From: a virus
Lineage: Duplodnaviria > Caudoviricetes
Strand: one strand, 5' to 3'
DNA length: 64,000 bases
IMG/VR virus record: IMGVR_UViG_3300002220_000003
Coordinates: 20,137-84,136 of that record
The notes beneath the pieces are model-generated. The model was not told the DNA's origin. It made no database searches and worked only from the letters and a program-made list of their open reading frames with translations. Positions 47,344 to 56,654 of the stretch are shown in pieces. Each line of letters opens with the position of its first letter. The first letter of the stretch is position 1. A program made the position numbers and the translations under genes.

Positions 47344-48260
47344 TTTTCATCCTCCTCCATAATTCGTTTCATATCCATCAATCCTTCAAGGTAATCATAT
47401 TTCGGCCGCCAGCCCAAGAAAGAGATCGCTTTATTAATATCAAAAATGCAACTTCTTTTTCTGACTTCTGGAATATCCGGCCGATAAATAAATGCCGCAA
47501 ATGGCATTCCCGGAGGAGAAAATACCTGCACAATCGCCTCTGCTTCATCCTTGATAGTCAATCCCCTTCCGCTTCCTATATTATATAAACCGGCGGGGAC
47601 ATTCGGGTTGATTGCTGCAATAATCGCCCTGATAACATCCTTAATATAAATTAAATCCCTCTTAGTTTTCAATTTACCCCATAACTCTATTGATATTCCC
47701 TGTTTTGTCTTTTCGATAAATTGATGAAAAACGCATCCATACTTTGTATCCTGACTGCCATACCCTCTTATATTGGCAAGGCGGAGAATGATAGAATGGA
47801 CGTATCCCATTGCATTATAGGCCTGAATCATATTCATGGCGGCTATCTTCGATGAAACAAAGGTGATAACTTCCGGGGATCCACCATACTTCTGAGGGGT
47901 CTCTTCCCGGATATACAACTCATCGGACATATTAACATCCGAGTGGGTCATTGTATAAATCAATCGTGCTCCCGTCCTCCGGGCAAACTCGAGAATATTA
48001 TATGTGCCGATAGTATTAACCTCGAAATATTTATAAGGGGCATGTCCGTCGATCATCAATAATGCAGCACAATGAATTACTACATCAACATGTTTAGTCA
48101 AGGGAAAGGTCTCGGGAGATCGAATATCACAATAAGTAATTGGTATAGGGCAATCTCCCTGATCGATGTCAAGCGGTAAAATTTGCTCTTCTCCGAGTTC
48201 GATTAATTTTTCGACAAGATAACTTCCTATAAACCCGCCGGCCCCGGTAACGACTATCAT
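47340..48260 (-). CDS. NAD-dependent epimerase/dehydratase (SDR), atypical FxxxK
   Basis: VTGAGGFIG, NTIGT, LRLANIRG, RDLIYIKD, YNIGSG. Confidence 0.85.
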   Translation of the reverse strand: MIVVTGAGGFIGSYLVEKLIELGEEQILPLDIDQGDCPIPITYCDIRSPETFPLTKHVDVVIHCAALLMIDGHAPYKYFEVNTIGTYNILEFARRTGARLIYTMTHSDVNMSDELYIREETPQKYGGSPEVITFVSSKIAAMNMIQAYNAMGYVHSIILRLANIRGYGSQDTKYGCVFHQFIEKTKQGISIELWGKLKTKRDLIYIKDVIRAIIAAINPNVPAGLYNIGSGRGLTIKDEAEAIVQVFSPPGMPFAAFIYRPDIPEVRKRSCIFDINKAISFLGWRPKYDYLEGLMDMKRIMEEDEK

Positions 48261-49417
48261 TCTGCCGCCTCCTCATAAAAATTGCCGGGGGTCCTGATCA
48301 CTTGAGGCAGGGCATCAAATGGAACAATGTAAAAATACGGATATTCCTCAAGGATCGCCTGCCGCGTATATGATCCTCCTGTTATTTTGGAGCTTGTCCG
48401 GATAAAATATCGATAAATACATTCACTGGCACCAAACCTCTTTTTGAAATGATACACTCCTTCCTGACCGGGAAGTTTCGTGCCGCCCCAATTCCATTTT
48501 GTTATTCCCTGTGCCACCAGCTCTTTCATAGCATGATAAATTACAATATTGAGAGGGGCGAGATTACGATATTGAGTCTTGATAATAGGCATAAAATATT
48601 CGGCCGTCTGATTATGAACGAGAACGATCAATCCGGCGATAATCTCTTTCTTATGTATCCCTGTATATATCTTGATAGCCTGATCTCCCGCCCGGTATTT
48701 CTGCTCGATCCAATCAAAAAACTTCCCGGGCTTATCCGGCGCACCAATAGCCTGCATATTTTCAACATGAATCATTTCGATTATCGATATCAAATCACTT
48801 TTTACCTCCGGTAAGAGATGATTTGAAATAACCTTAACGCCGGCCTTCTCGGCTTTCCTGACAAGATTCCTTGTTTTGGAATGATAGAGATCAAGAATTT
48901 CGGATTGAGAAGAAGGAAGAAAAGTTATAAGGCCCGTTCTATGATCCATAAACGTCGCCGAATGCTGATCATACAGATCGCCATCTTTTTCAAAAGGCGG
49001 CTCAATCAATGTTGCCGAGAAAAAACCCGGTGTCTGCCAGAAGGCATCAAGAAGAAATTTTTTAACCTCTCTAAACGCACCAATAGACCAATTATTTTCC
49101 TTCTTGACTACAATGCCCGGGTTGCTACCATAAAATGGAAGCGAATTTACAACGGCTCCCCATTTTCCATTCTTGACAATCGCCGGCAGGACACCAATCA
49201 CTTCGTTATCATCCTGCATAGCAAAGAAAATAACAATCTTGCCGCCTGTGATTGCAGCAATCAATTCAAGATATTCATACCGGGAAAAATACGATGAGTC
49301 AGGTGAATGATTGATAAAATCAGAATACATTTCTTTGTCTTGCTGATCAATATCAGTATCCTGATTTTGAAAAGAAACTTTTCCAGTGATCATACGACCT
49401 CCTTCGATATATACCAT
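48257..49417 (-). CDS. FemAB-like GNAT acyl/aminoacyl transferase
   Basis: SLPFYG, TRNLVRKAEKAG, WNWGG, HFKKRFG. Confidence 0.8.
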   Translation of the reverse strand: MVYIEGGRMITGKVSFQNQDTDIDQQDKEMYSDFINHSPDSSYFSRYEYLELIAAITGGKIVIFFAMQDDNEVIGVLPAIVKNGKWGAVVNSLPFYGSNPGIVVKKENNWSIGAFREVKKFLLDAFWQTPGFFSATLIEPPFEKDGDLYDQHSATFMDHRTGLITFLPSSQSEILDLYHSKTRNLVRKAEKAGVKVISNHLLPEVKSDLISIIEMIHVENMQAIGAPDKPGKFFDWIEQKYRAGDQAIKIYTGIHKKEIIAGLIVLVHNQTAEYFMPIIKTQYRNLAPLNIVIYHAMKELVAQGITKWNWGGTKLPGQEGVYHFKKRFGASECIYRYFIRTSSKITGGSYTRQAILEEYPYFYIVPFDALPQVIRTPGNFYEEAAE

Positions 49418-50370
49418 TTTATAGTTTCAATCAATCCTGAGTCAAGAGAAATCTTCGATTTAAAACCAAGAATATCTTCTATCTTATATCCACAACCAAT
49501 ATGACGACGGACATCCCCATGCCGGCGGGATAAAGATTGAATTTCTTGCGCCTGATCACCAGTGATCGCTTCGTATATATTAACAATCTTATTGACAAGC
49601 TCATCAATGCTGGTTTCCTGTCCTGACGCAATAACAAAAGTCTGCCCGCAAGAATGCTCCCACTGATCAGAAATAAGAATTGCAGCCCTGACTATATCCT
49701 TGACATAAGTATAATCTCTCGTTTGATTACCATCTCCATATATCTGTGCAGGCTGGCCCGTCATCAATCTCTCGATCGTTCTCGGAATCACGCCGGCATA
49801 CGATCCTTTATTTTGTCTCGGACCATAGATATTAAAAGGACGGATAATTGCCGATTGAGATTGATACAGATTATAATAACAATTAATCAGATCATCACAG
49901 GTCTTTTTTGAAACCGCATAGATCGTTGAAGGCTCCTGAGGATGCCCTTCATCCATCGGGGCAACCTGACAAGAGCCATAAACCTCCGACGATGAGAAAT
50001 GGATCAGCCGCTTGTAATAGTTTTCCCGGAGAAAATGAAGCAAAGTCATCACAATACCGACATTATTATTAAAATTATCGGCGGGATCTTCAAATGAATG
50101 CGGTAAAGGCTTGACGGCCAGATTAAAAACAACATCTATCTCTTCCCGGAGAAAAATCTTCTCCATTTCCGGCATATCCCTGATGTCCACCTCATAAAAC
50201 TTAACGATGGGATTTGCCCATTTAAAAAGAAGTTGTCCTTTTTTATGTAGAAATAGATTATCGACGATCACGATCTTCTTTATCCCACAGGCAACAATCA
50301 ATTCATCAACAAGATGACTTCCGACAAATCCGCACCCTCCCGTGACCATAACATTTAATCCGGCAATCAT
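49390..50370 (-). CDS. NAD-dependent epimerase/dehydratase (SDR)
   Basis: VTGGCGFVG, SSSEVYG, YAVSK, RPFNIYGPRQ, QTRDYTYV. Confidence 0.93.
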   Translation of the reverse strand: MIAGLNVMVTGGCGFVGSHLVDELIVACGIKKIVIVDNLFLHKKGQLLFKWANPIVKFYEVDIRDMPEMEKIFLREEIDVVFNLAVKPLPHSFEDPADNFNNNVGIVMTLLHFLRENYYKRLIHFSSSEVYGSCQVAPMDEGHPQEPSTIYAVSKKTCDDLINCYYNLYQSQSAIIRPFNIYGPRQNKGSYAGVIPRTIERLMTGQPAQIYGDGNQTRDYTYVKDIVRAAILISDQWEHSCGQTFVIASGQETSIDELVNKIVNIYEAITGDQAQEIQSLSRRHGDVRRHIGCGYKIEDILGFKSKISLDSGLIETIKWYISKEVV

Positions 50371-50621
50371 TTTCCCTCCTCATGATAATCAAATTTTATT
50401 GATGTTATACGCCACTGCTTACCCGTCGCAAAACGATCATAACAAAAATGAACTCTTGAAATATGGCCACAAGGAAATGTTATTTCGGGGTTGAAATATC
50501 TCCCGAGTGATCCGCCGGCAAATCGAATAATAACTTCCTTACCGCATTTCTCACATTTCTCGATATAGGAATACCGGGAAAAATCACCAATCTTCTCACC
50601 CCTTCTTTCTTTCGTTCTAAT
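50367..50621 (-). CDS. Possible Zn-ribbon protein without canonical start (not in track)
   Basis: Stop-free 84 codons filling the gap: CEKCG...FPCGH; no in-frame ATG/GTG/TTG. Confidence 0.4.
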   Translation of the reverse strand: MRTKERRGEKIGDFSRYSYIEKCEKCGKEVIIRFAGGSLGRYFNPEITFPCGHISRVHFCYDRFATGKQWRITSIKFDYHEEGK

Positions 50622-51108
50622 TCCTCCTATTATTCAAATAGATTTGATGATTATCCAAAGGAAAACCCTTTAACATATTTTCCCTGACCATTCTTCGCCA
50701 TTGCAAAGCACTAATCGAACTCCTCTCATTAAATCGTTCGAGAAATGTACACCATTTAAGCCATATCACAGGGCAAAACAAATAACTGATCTTATCAGGA
50801 ATAAATAACATACTTCTAATAAATCCTGATTCATCTGTATGGCCGGTACAAAGGCGCATATATCCATCTCCAAATAAACGATAGGCCAATAATGCACCTC
50901 TCTGCCAATGTCCTTTTTTGTTATCGCCATCAAGATATTGCCTGCCACAGATCCCGATATCATGGATCAAGATGCAGACTATCTCTTTCCAATAAGGATA
51001 TCGACCATACCACCATTTCCATGCCTTGATAATAAAATATGGATGCAATAAAAATTGATGGCATCCAAATAAAAACGATTTTGTTCCTTGTGTCATAATT
51101 AAGTCCAC
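50617..51108 (-). CDS. HD-domain-like protein
   Basis: H..., IHDIG, GH, GH, PDK pattern. Confidence 0.5.
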   Translation of the reverse strand: MDLIMTQGTKSFLFGCHQFLLHPYFIIKAWKWWYGRYPYWKEIVCILIHDIGICGRQYLDGDNKKGHWQRGALLAYRLFGDGYMRLCTGHTDESGFIRSMLFIPDKISYLFCPVIWLKWCTFLERFNERSSISALQWRRMVRENMLKGFPLDNHQIYLNNRRN

Positions 51109-51302
51109 TCAATCTCAAGATCGATTTTAGCGGTTTGATGGATTCGATCAAAATTGTAAATCCTGATCCCAGTGACATGTTCACAACCCAAAATAAAAAC
51201 AGGGAGGATATATCGAAAGTCTTTACTTATCTGAAGTTTTACTATCGTCTCTTTCCCACATCGACAGCATTTTCTCTTTTTTGTTCTTAATATCATTCTC
51301 AC
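51099..51302 (-). CDS. Small Cys-containing hypothetical protein
   Basis: CCRCG; coupled overlaps. Confidence 0.5.
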   Translation of the reverse strand: MRMILRTKKRKCCRCGKETIVKLQISKDFRYILPVFILGCEHVTGIRIYNFDRIHQTAKIDLEIEWT

Positions 51303-51303
51303 C

Positions 51304-51480
51304 TCATTTCATTGCCAGACAATCACCATCGGTATTATAAAAATCATAGACATATTGACAACGACTTCTGGCATCGCAATCATCACAGGTAAAATCAGGA
51401 GTATATTTATATCTCTTTTTGAAAAACTTAATTGCCCTCTTTTTGATCTTCTCAAGCTGCTCATCGGTCTTTTCTTTCAT
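51304..51480 (-). CDS. Small Cys-rich protein (58 aa, not in track)
   Basis: MKEKTDEQLEKIKKRAIKFF...CDDCDARSRC...GDCLAMK; ATGA-type overlap. Confidence 0.55.
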   Translation of the reverse strand: MKEKTDEQLEKIKKRAIKFFKKRYKYTPDFTCDDCDARSRCQYVYDFYNTDGDCLAMK

Positions 51481-51755
51481 TTAAGAAAAACTATCCTTCC
51501 GGCAATATCTTCATGATGATGAAATGTTCCAAGCCCTCTCGATTCCGCATCATCGTAAATGGGAATTATATTTGGATTTTCAATAAGATCCGGAAAGGTA
51601 TGCATTTCGGTATACTCAACAATTGTGCCATCTACCAGCCGGGCAAATGTTCTCAATGCCCCCTTGTCCCTGAGTGCCCTCCATTGTTTTCTCGAATACC
51701 ATAACTTACCGCTAAAGGCCGCTATGTCCTGCTCGATTCCTGTAAATCCCGCCAT
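51477..51755 (-). CDS. Hypothetical protein
   Basis: 92-aa ORF with SD. Confidence 0.55.
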   Translation of the reverse strand: MAGFTGIEQDIAAFSGKLWYSRKQWRALRDKGALRTFARLVDGTIVEYTEMHTFPDLIENPNIIPIYDDAESRGLGTFHHHEDIAGRIVFLK

Positions 51756-53005
51756 ATCAATTGCCCTCCTTTTATTATCTTTGTGAAACCCATTTGTGCA
51801 TACATCGGTAAGGTTATTGCCCGGGAAAATATATCATCAGAAACCGGGAACTTTTTATTACCTGCAAAAATGGGCTGTCGATGCAAAGCATATGTTCCTA
51901 TCGTACATTGTACCTGATTATCAATGAAGGTCTGAATAATCCAATCTCTATATTTTTTGTATTTGGGTTTGATCAAGGCAACATAGGATTGAAAAATATG
52001 AAAACAATCAGGATCTTCATATACGGGCTCAAGGAATGGTAAATATTTTTCGATTATTTCTTTATATCTCACGGCCGCTACCCGGCGATGTTTGATAAGA
52101 AAATCAAGTTTTCTCATCTGAACAATACCGATAGCCGCTGTTATGTCACTCATTTTATAATTATATCCCAATCTATCAAATTCAGGGAGGCTAAAAATCC
52201 CCTGCTCACGAGACCATGTCGACATTACACCAAATTGAGATAATTTCCTCATCTTATCTGAAAGCATTCTATCATTTGTTACAATCATACCTCCCTCTCC
52301 GGTTGTAATGCCCTTGCGTGCATGAAATGAAAAACATCCGATATCACCCATCGTCCCGGCATATTGTCCTTTATATTTTGCTCCCAGTGCACAAGCAGCA
52401 TCTTCTATTACGGGCACTTCATATTTCCGGGCGATCTTCATAATCTTTTCCATATCGGCACATTGACCAAAGGCATGTACAACAATTATCGCTTTGATTC
52501 GATCATACTTAATCAAACAAATTTCAAGATCACGGGGGCTCATATTATATGTCCGGCGATCAATCTCGCAAAGAATCGGCTCCGCTCCGCAATATCTCGG
52601 GGCAAATCCGGTAGCCGGGAAGGTATAATTGGAAACAATCACCTTATCTCCATATTTAACGTCAAGAGCAAGGCAGGCAAGATGCAATGCCGATGTGCAA
52701 TTAGTAACCGCAATCGCATGTTCGATATTGAGATACCATTCTATGTCCTTCTCAAACTCCGATACCTTCGGACCTTTGGAGGGCCAACCAGAACAAAAAA
52801 CGTCCCATACCTCCCTCAACTCCTCATCGGTAAACATCGGTTTAGTCAGCGGTATTGTTTCGTTCTCCCGGATATGTTTTATTGTCTGGCGATCAATACC
52901 AAATAGCGGGCCTTTTGCAGTAATTTTTCTCGGCTTCATCAATCCTCCCGACCAATCGCCCGGCGATATGCCCGGCCGGTATCTTTGAATTCCATAAGAG
53001 GGCAA
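51722..53005 (-). CDS. DegT/DnrJ/EryC1/StrS sugar aminotransferase
   Basis: NCTSALH, VIEDAAC, SFHARKGITTGEGG, GYNYKMS. Confidence 0.95.
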   Translation of the reverse strand: MPSYGIQRYRPGISPGDWSGGLMKPRKITAKGPLFGIDRQTIKHIRENETIPLTKPMFTDEELREVWDVFCSGWPSKGPKVSEFEKDIEWYLNIEHAIAVTNCTSALHLACLALDVKYGDKVIVSNYTFPATGFAPRYCGAEPILCEIDRRTYNMSPRDLEICLIKYDRIKAIIVVHAFGQCADMEKIMKIARKYEVPVIEDAACALGAKYKGQYAGTMGDIGCFSFHARKGITTGEGGMIVTNDRMLSDKMRKLSQFGVMSTWSREQGIFSLPEFDRLGYNYKMSDITAAIGIVQMRKLDFLIKHRRVAAVRYKEIIEKYLPFLEPVYEDPDCFHIFQSYVALIKPKYKKYRDWIIQTFIDNQVQCTIGTYALHRQPIFAGNKKFPVSDDIFSRAITLPMYAQMGFTKIIKGGQLIWRDLQESSRT

Positions 53006-53133
53006 TATTTACAAAATTTATAGGTCTGTATCTTTTGAAAATTCCATAACGCCCGGCGATGCATATACCAAAATGGACATCGTTTATATATGATCAATTT
53101 TATCTTGAGACCAATCAACCAAGTGCTGATCAT
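52939..53133 (-). CDS. Hypothetical protein
   Basis: Short ORF in operon gap. Confidence 0.4.
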   Translation of the reverse strand: MISTWLIGLKIKLIIYKRCPFWYMHRRALWNFQKIQTYKFCKYCPLMEFKDTGRAYRRAIGRED

Positions 53134-53714
53134 TTGTTTTCCTCATCACCAATATTTTGTCCCATCACCTGTATCCAGCAATATCTATGATACGATTTAC
53201 CATCAACTTCTATCTCTTCTTCATCAAGCCATGAAAAAATCTGTTGATGACAGATATTACAAATCTTATTTGTTTCCTGATTAACTTCGCCCTTGTCCCG
53301 GGAAGGATGTCCATACGATTTCATATTTGCCGGGATTGATTTAGACACCAAAGCTCCTGCGCCGACCAAAGCTCCTGCGCCGATCTCCACGCCGGGGACA
53401 ATCGTTACCGATGCTCCAATGGATGCGCCTTTCCTGACGATCACCTTCCCCCAATGCTTACCATACGATGGAGGGTAAATATCATTGCAAAATGTTACCC
53501 GGGGGCCAATAAAACAATTGTCCTCAATTGTCACACCTTCCGGAATAAAACAATGGGCTCCGACAGAAACATTGTCGCCGATAATCACACCCTTTCCAAT
53601 CTCAACAAAGGCCCCTATATTGCAATTTTTACCTATCTGGCATCCATATAGATTTACCAACTCCGGATGCCAAATCTTTGTTCCATCACCAATGATCACA
53701 TCTGATCTAATCAC
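53130..53714 (-). CDS. Hexapeptide-repeat sugar N-acetyltransferase (WbpD/WlbB-like)
   Basis: GTKIWH, CNIGAFVEIG, FIGPRVTFCND, GASIGA; 18-nt tandem duplication encoding GAGALV x2. Confidence 0.9.
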   Translation of the reverse strand: MIRSDVIIGDGTKIWHPELVNLYGCQIGKNCNIGAFVEIGKGVIIGDNVSVGAHCFIPEGVTIEDNCFIGPRVTFCNDIYPPSYGKHWGKVIVRKGASIGASVTIVPGVEIGAGALVGAGALVSKSIPANMKSYGHPSRDKGEVNQETNKICNICHQQIFSWLDEEEIEVDGKSYHRYCWIQVMGQNIGDEENK

Positions 53715-54073
53715 AAATTACCCCCTTTTCTGATCAATGCATTTGTCCGATCAATGATCTTTTGCATGGTTTTTTTATTGGTTAGTTTAGCCGCTTTTCT
53801 CAGGGAATGATATAGGTGTTTTTGAGCCTTCTCAAGTGGCACGCCGGTCTTAAAATCACTAATAAGCTGATCAGCCAGACGTTTCGCTATCCTACCGACA
53901 TAATCAAGCTCCTGTGGGGGTATGCCGCTATCCTTATTCAAAATATCAATAAGACTTCTCTGTTTCAATATATCATTCATCTTTCCTCCTTTCATATATT
54001 TTCCTTGCCGGCACTCCCGCCCAAGTCTGCCCGGGAAGATCGATATTACGCAAAACAACGGCCCCAAGTCCAA
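53711..54073 (-). CDS. Hypothetical protein; probable start MNDIL near 53980
   Basis: SD GGAGG before MNDIL. Confidence 0.5.
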   Translation of the reverse strand: MDLGPLFCVISIFPGRLGRECRQGKYMKGGKMNDILKQRSLIDILNKDSGIPPQELDYVGRIAKRLADQLISDFKTGVPLEKAQKHLYHSLRKAAKLTNKKTMQKIIDRTNALIRKGGNL

Positions 54074-54812
54074 TTATTGTGTTATCTGCAATCGAAACCC
54101 TGTCGATAATTGTGCTACCCGGCGAAATCCAGCAATTCTTGCCTATTTTTACCCCTCCTCCAATGACAGATCCTGCGATAATTAACGAGTTATCTCCAAT
54201 CTCGACATTATGGGCGATATGGACAAGATTATCTATCCTTACATTCCGGCCTATAATCGTGTCAGATAGCGCGCCACGATCGATACAGACATTACTATGG
54301 ATAATCGTCCCACCACCTATCAAAACGCGCCCATAATGCGGAAATTTGATAAATGGGAGGATATCTACGGCATGATCATAACCAAATCCCGGCTGTCCTA
54401 TGATCGCCCCCGGGCCGATTTCGACGTTATCACCAATTACTGCATTCTTAATCGAGCAATTTTCGCCGATTTTGACATTCCTGCCAACCTGATTATCAAG
54501 GTCCCGTGGAGGGAAAAACCTTGTTGCAATCTCCATAAAAACAAGCCGGGGGTCATCACAAAAAACAAAATTGCCTACCTGAAACGTTTCCAAAGGGCGA
54601 CGACAGATAATCAGGTTTTTTGGTGATCTGCTATGCAACACCTGCTCAAACCCTTCTCCACTCCAGAATGAAAACTCGTGATCTTTGATGGTATAGACCG
54701 ATGCCGGGCCGGTAATAACAAGGCCGGGATCGCCCTGAAAAACGCAAGAAAAACTACCGAGAATAGAACTGATTGTGCGGAAAGTAAGATTACTCATAAC
54801 AATGCCTCTCAT
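53973..54812 (-). CDS. LpxD-like hexapeptide acyltransferase
   Basis: GQPGFGY, IDRGALSDT, IDNLVHIAHNV. Confidence 0.85.
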   Translation of the reverse strand: MRGIVMSNLTFRTISSILGSFSCVFQGDPGLVITGPASVYTIKDHEFSFWSGEGFEQVLHSRSPKNLIICRRPLETFQVGNFVFCDDPRLVFMEIATRFFPPRDLDNQVGRNVKIGENCSIKNAVIGDNVEIGPGAIIGQPGFGYDHAVDILPFIKFPHYGRVLIGGGTIIHSNVCIDRGALSDTIIGRNVRIDNLVHIAHNVEIGDNSLIIAGSVIGGGVKIGKNCWISPGSTIIDRVSIADNTIIGLGAVVLRNIDLPGQTWAGVPARKIYERRKDE

Positions 54813-55500
54813 AAAACATGATTGGATGCAATGTCAGATAAATCACCGGAACATCCTTGTCGATATAATCACAAACACATTTCCCGGATTCAAGGAGTTT
54901 ACCCTGCTGATAAGTTTTCCACCCGACAAATCCGATCGAGCAATATAAGTTGTCGAAAAGGATCGGATCATAAGCCTCATACAATAGGCCAAATCTTTTT
55001 GGGATATACTTCTTCCAAAAATCAAGATTGTTCATACCGGTCAGGCCGCTTCCATGACTTGCAATACCAAGAGGCCGCTTTCCCATCATTACCCTGAAAA
55101 GATCAATATCTCGCATAAAACAAACCTCTTCATCCTGTGACCATATCTTCGAACAATCCATCGGCTCACAGTGCAATCCGATTTCATGAGGCAATCTTGC
55201 CATCTTTTGCAAGATCAGAAAATTCTCAAATGAAAAAGGATTATATTCGCGAGCATGAAGACGAATAAAAAATGATGCCGGGATTGTCATCGGAAAACCA
55301 TTAAGAAGCCGTATGATCTTGTCTGCCTTTTCAAGAGATAAATCGATATCAATCCTATTGATCAAAATCTTTTGCCCCTGATCATCATAATGAAGGTGAT
55401 TGATGAAATAATCCCTGCAAGTTACAATCTTGTATCCATGGGCAAGGGTATTAAGATAAATTGCTTTGAGATTATCATAGGTGCAATTATTGTTACTCAT
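54790..55500 (-). CDS. Polysaccharide deacetylase-like protein (NodB/WbmS-like)
   Basis: RIDID, ASFFI, EIGLH, ASHG, LHP. Confidence 0.7.
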   Translation of the reverse strand: MSNNNCTYDNLKAIYLNTLAHGYKIVTCRDYFINHLHYDDQGQKILINRIDIDLSLEKADKIIRLLNGFPMTIPASFFIRLHAREYNPFSFENFLILQKMARLPHEIGLHCEPMDCSKIWSQDEEVCFMRDIDLFRVMMGKRPLGIASHGSGLTGMNNLDFWKKYIPKRFGLLYEAYDPILFDNLYCSIGFVGWKTYQQGKLLESGKCVCDYIDKDVPVIYLTLHPIMFYERHCYE

Positions 55501-56482
55501 AGATCACCTCCGGTAATTGCCCTCCCTGCTGATACCTATCTCCATTCCTGATCAAATCTATCACATACATATATCTTCGAATAATCTCCCTCCATCGGAA
55601 AGTCGTATTTGCAAAATTGGTTGAGAGGATCGATTTCAAATACCATTCCCGGGCCGCGTCAGGAAGAAAATATGATTTGATTGCATCTTTGAGTGTCTCT
55701 TTATTATTGACAAGAATGGATGGTTGATTAGGATAGATCGACAAAACAAAAGGATCGAGACAGGTCAGGGTCGGTTGCCCCATAAACATTGATTCTACCC
55801 CGGACAATCCCCATCCACCATGCAGGGAACCAAAATTCAAATGACAGGCCCGTTTTCTTTTTAGGCATTCATCATTTGATATACCGGATATTACATCAAG
55901 CTCGATAGAAAACCCGTCTTTGATCAATTCATTAATAACATCAACCAATACCTGATACCCCTTCTTTGGATGCCCGGCCGATGAAGCACAAATCTTTAAT
56001 GTTTTCCCGGTAAATATTTCACACTTCGGGATTTCGTCAACCGGAGTATCTCCAAACCGGGCGAAATACGATGACAAATGATAAAAAGATTGACCAAGCA
56101 AACTGGTAATTGACCAGTCCGTTCCGGTAATGGCCTTGATGCCGGTTGTATCATGAAATTCCTTACATTTCTGACCATTGTCCCGGAGATACGATCCATA
56201 ATACTTGATACAACAATTCCCGGGATTTGCCAGTTTGTTAAAATCAACGCCCGGCCAATTAAAGATATAGGATCCGAAATGATAGAAATCAGCCCATGTA
56301 TTCGCGAGACTTGCCGCCTCTTCAAATGTTTCCTGATTTAAGACGATATCATACCCATAATCGAAATAATCCCTGTAAATATTGATACAACGCGCCTTAT
56401 GATTTGTATATTTGTTGATCGCCTCCATTAACATAGAACACTGGCCGGCGATATTGAAATCAGATACGATTAATATGTTCAC
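55493..56482 (-). CDS. GT-B (GT4-like) glycosyltransferase
   Basis: MNILIV, KKG, WGLSGVESMFMGQP. Confidence 0.75.
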   Translation of the reverse strand: MNILIVSDFNIAGQCSMLMEAINKYTNHKARCINIYRDYFDYGYDIVLNQETFEEAASLANTWADFYHFGSYIFNWPGVDFNKLANPGNCCIKYYGSYLRDNGQKCKEFHDTTGIKAITGTDWSITSLLGQSFYHLSSYFARFGDTPVDEIPKCEIFTGKTLKICASSAGHPKKGYQVLVDVINELIKDGFSIELDVISGISNDECLKRKRACHLNFGSLHGGWGLSGVESMFMGQPTLTCLDPFVLSIYPNQPSILVNNKETLKDAIKSYFLPDAAREWYLKSILSTNFANTTFRWREIIRRYMYVIDLIRNGDRYQQGGQLPEVIYE

Positions 56483-56654
56483 GCCTTACCTCCCTTTCAA
56501 ATAGCAGGTCCCTTTTGTTAACCATAAAATTGTACCCGCCGGCATACCACCGATATCCCTTTTTCTTCATTGCAGTTTGTACAAACTTATCAATCTCCGG
56601 ATCCTGATCACCATAGTATGATATCGTCAGGGCCATATATATTTTGTCTTTCAT
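56460..56654 (-). CDS. Hypothetical protein
   Basis: 64-aa coupled ORF; GYNFMVNKRDLLF. Confidence 0.55.
   Translation of the reverse strand: MKDKIYMALTISYYGDQDPEIDKFVQTAMKKKGYRWYAGGYNFMVNKRDLLFEREVRREHINRI

Noticed and set aside
53346-53383. 18-nt tandem repeat
   Set aside because: Simply encodes two hexapeptide turns (GAGALV); no independent significance
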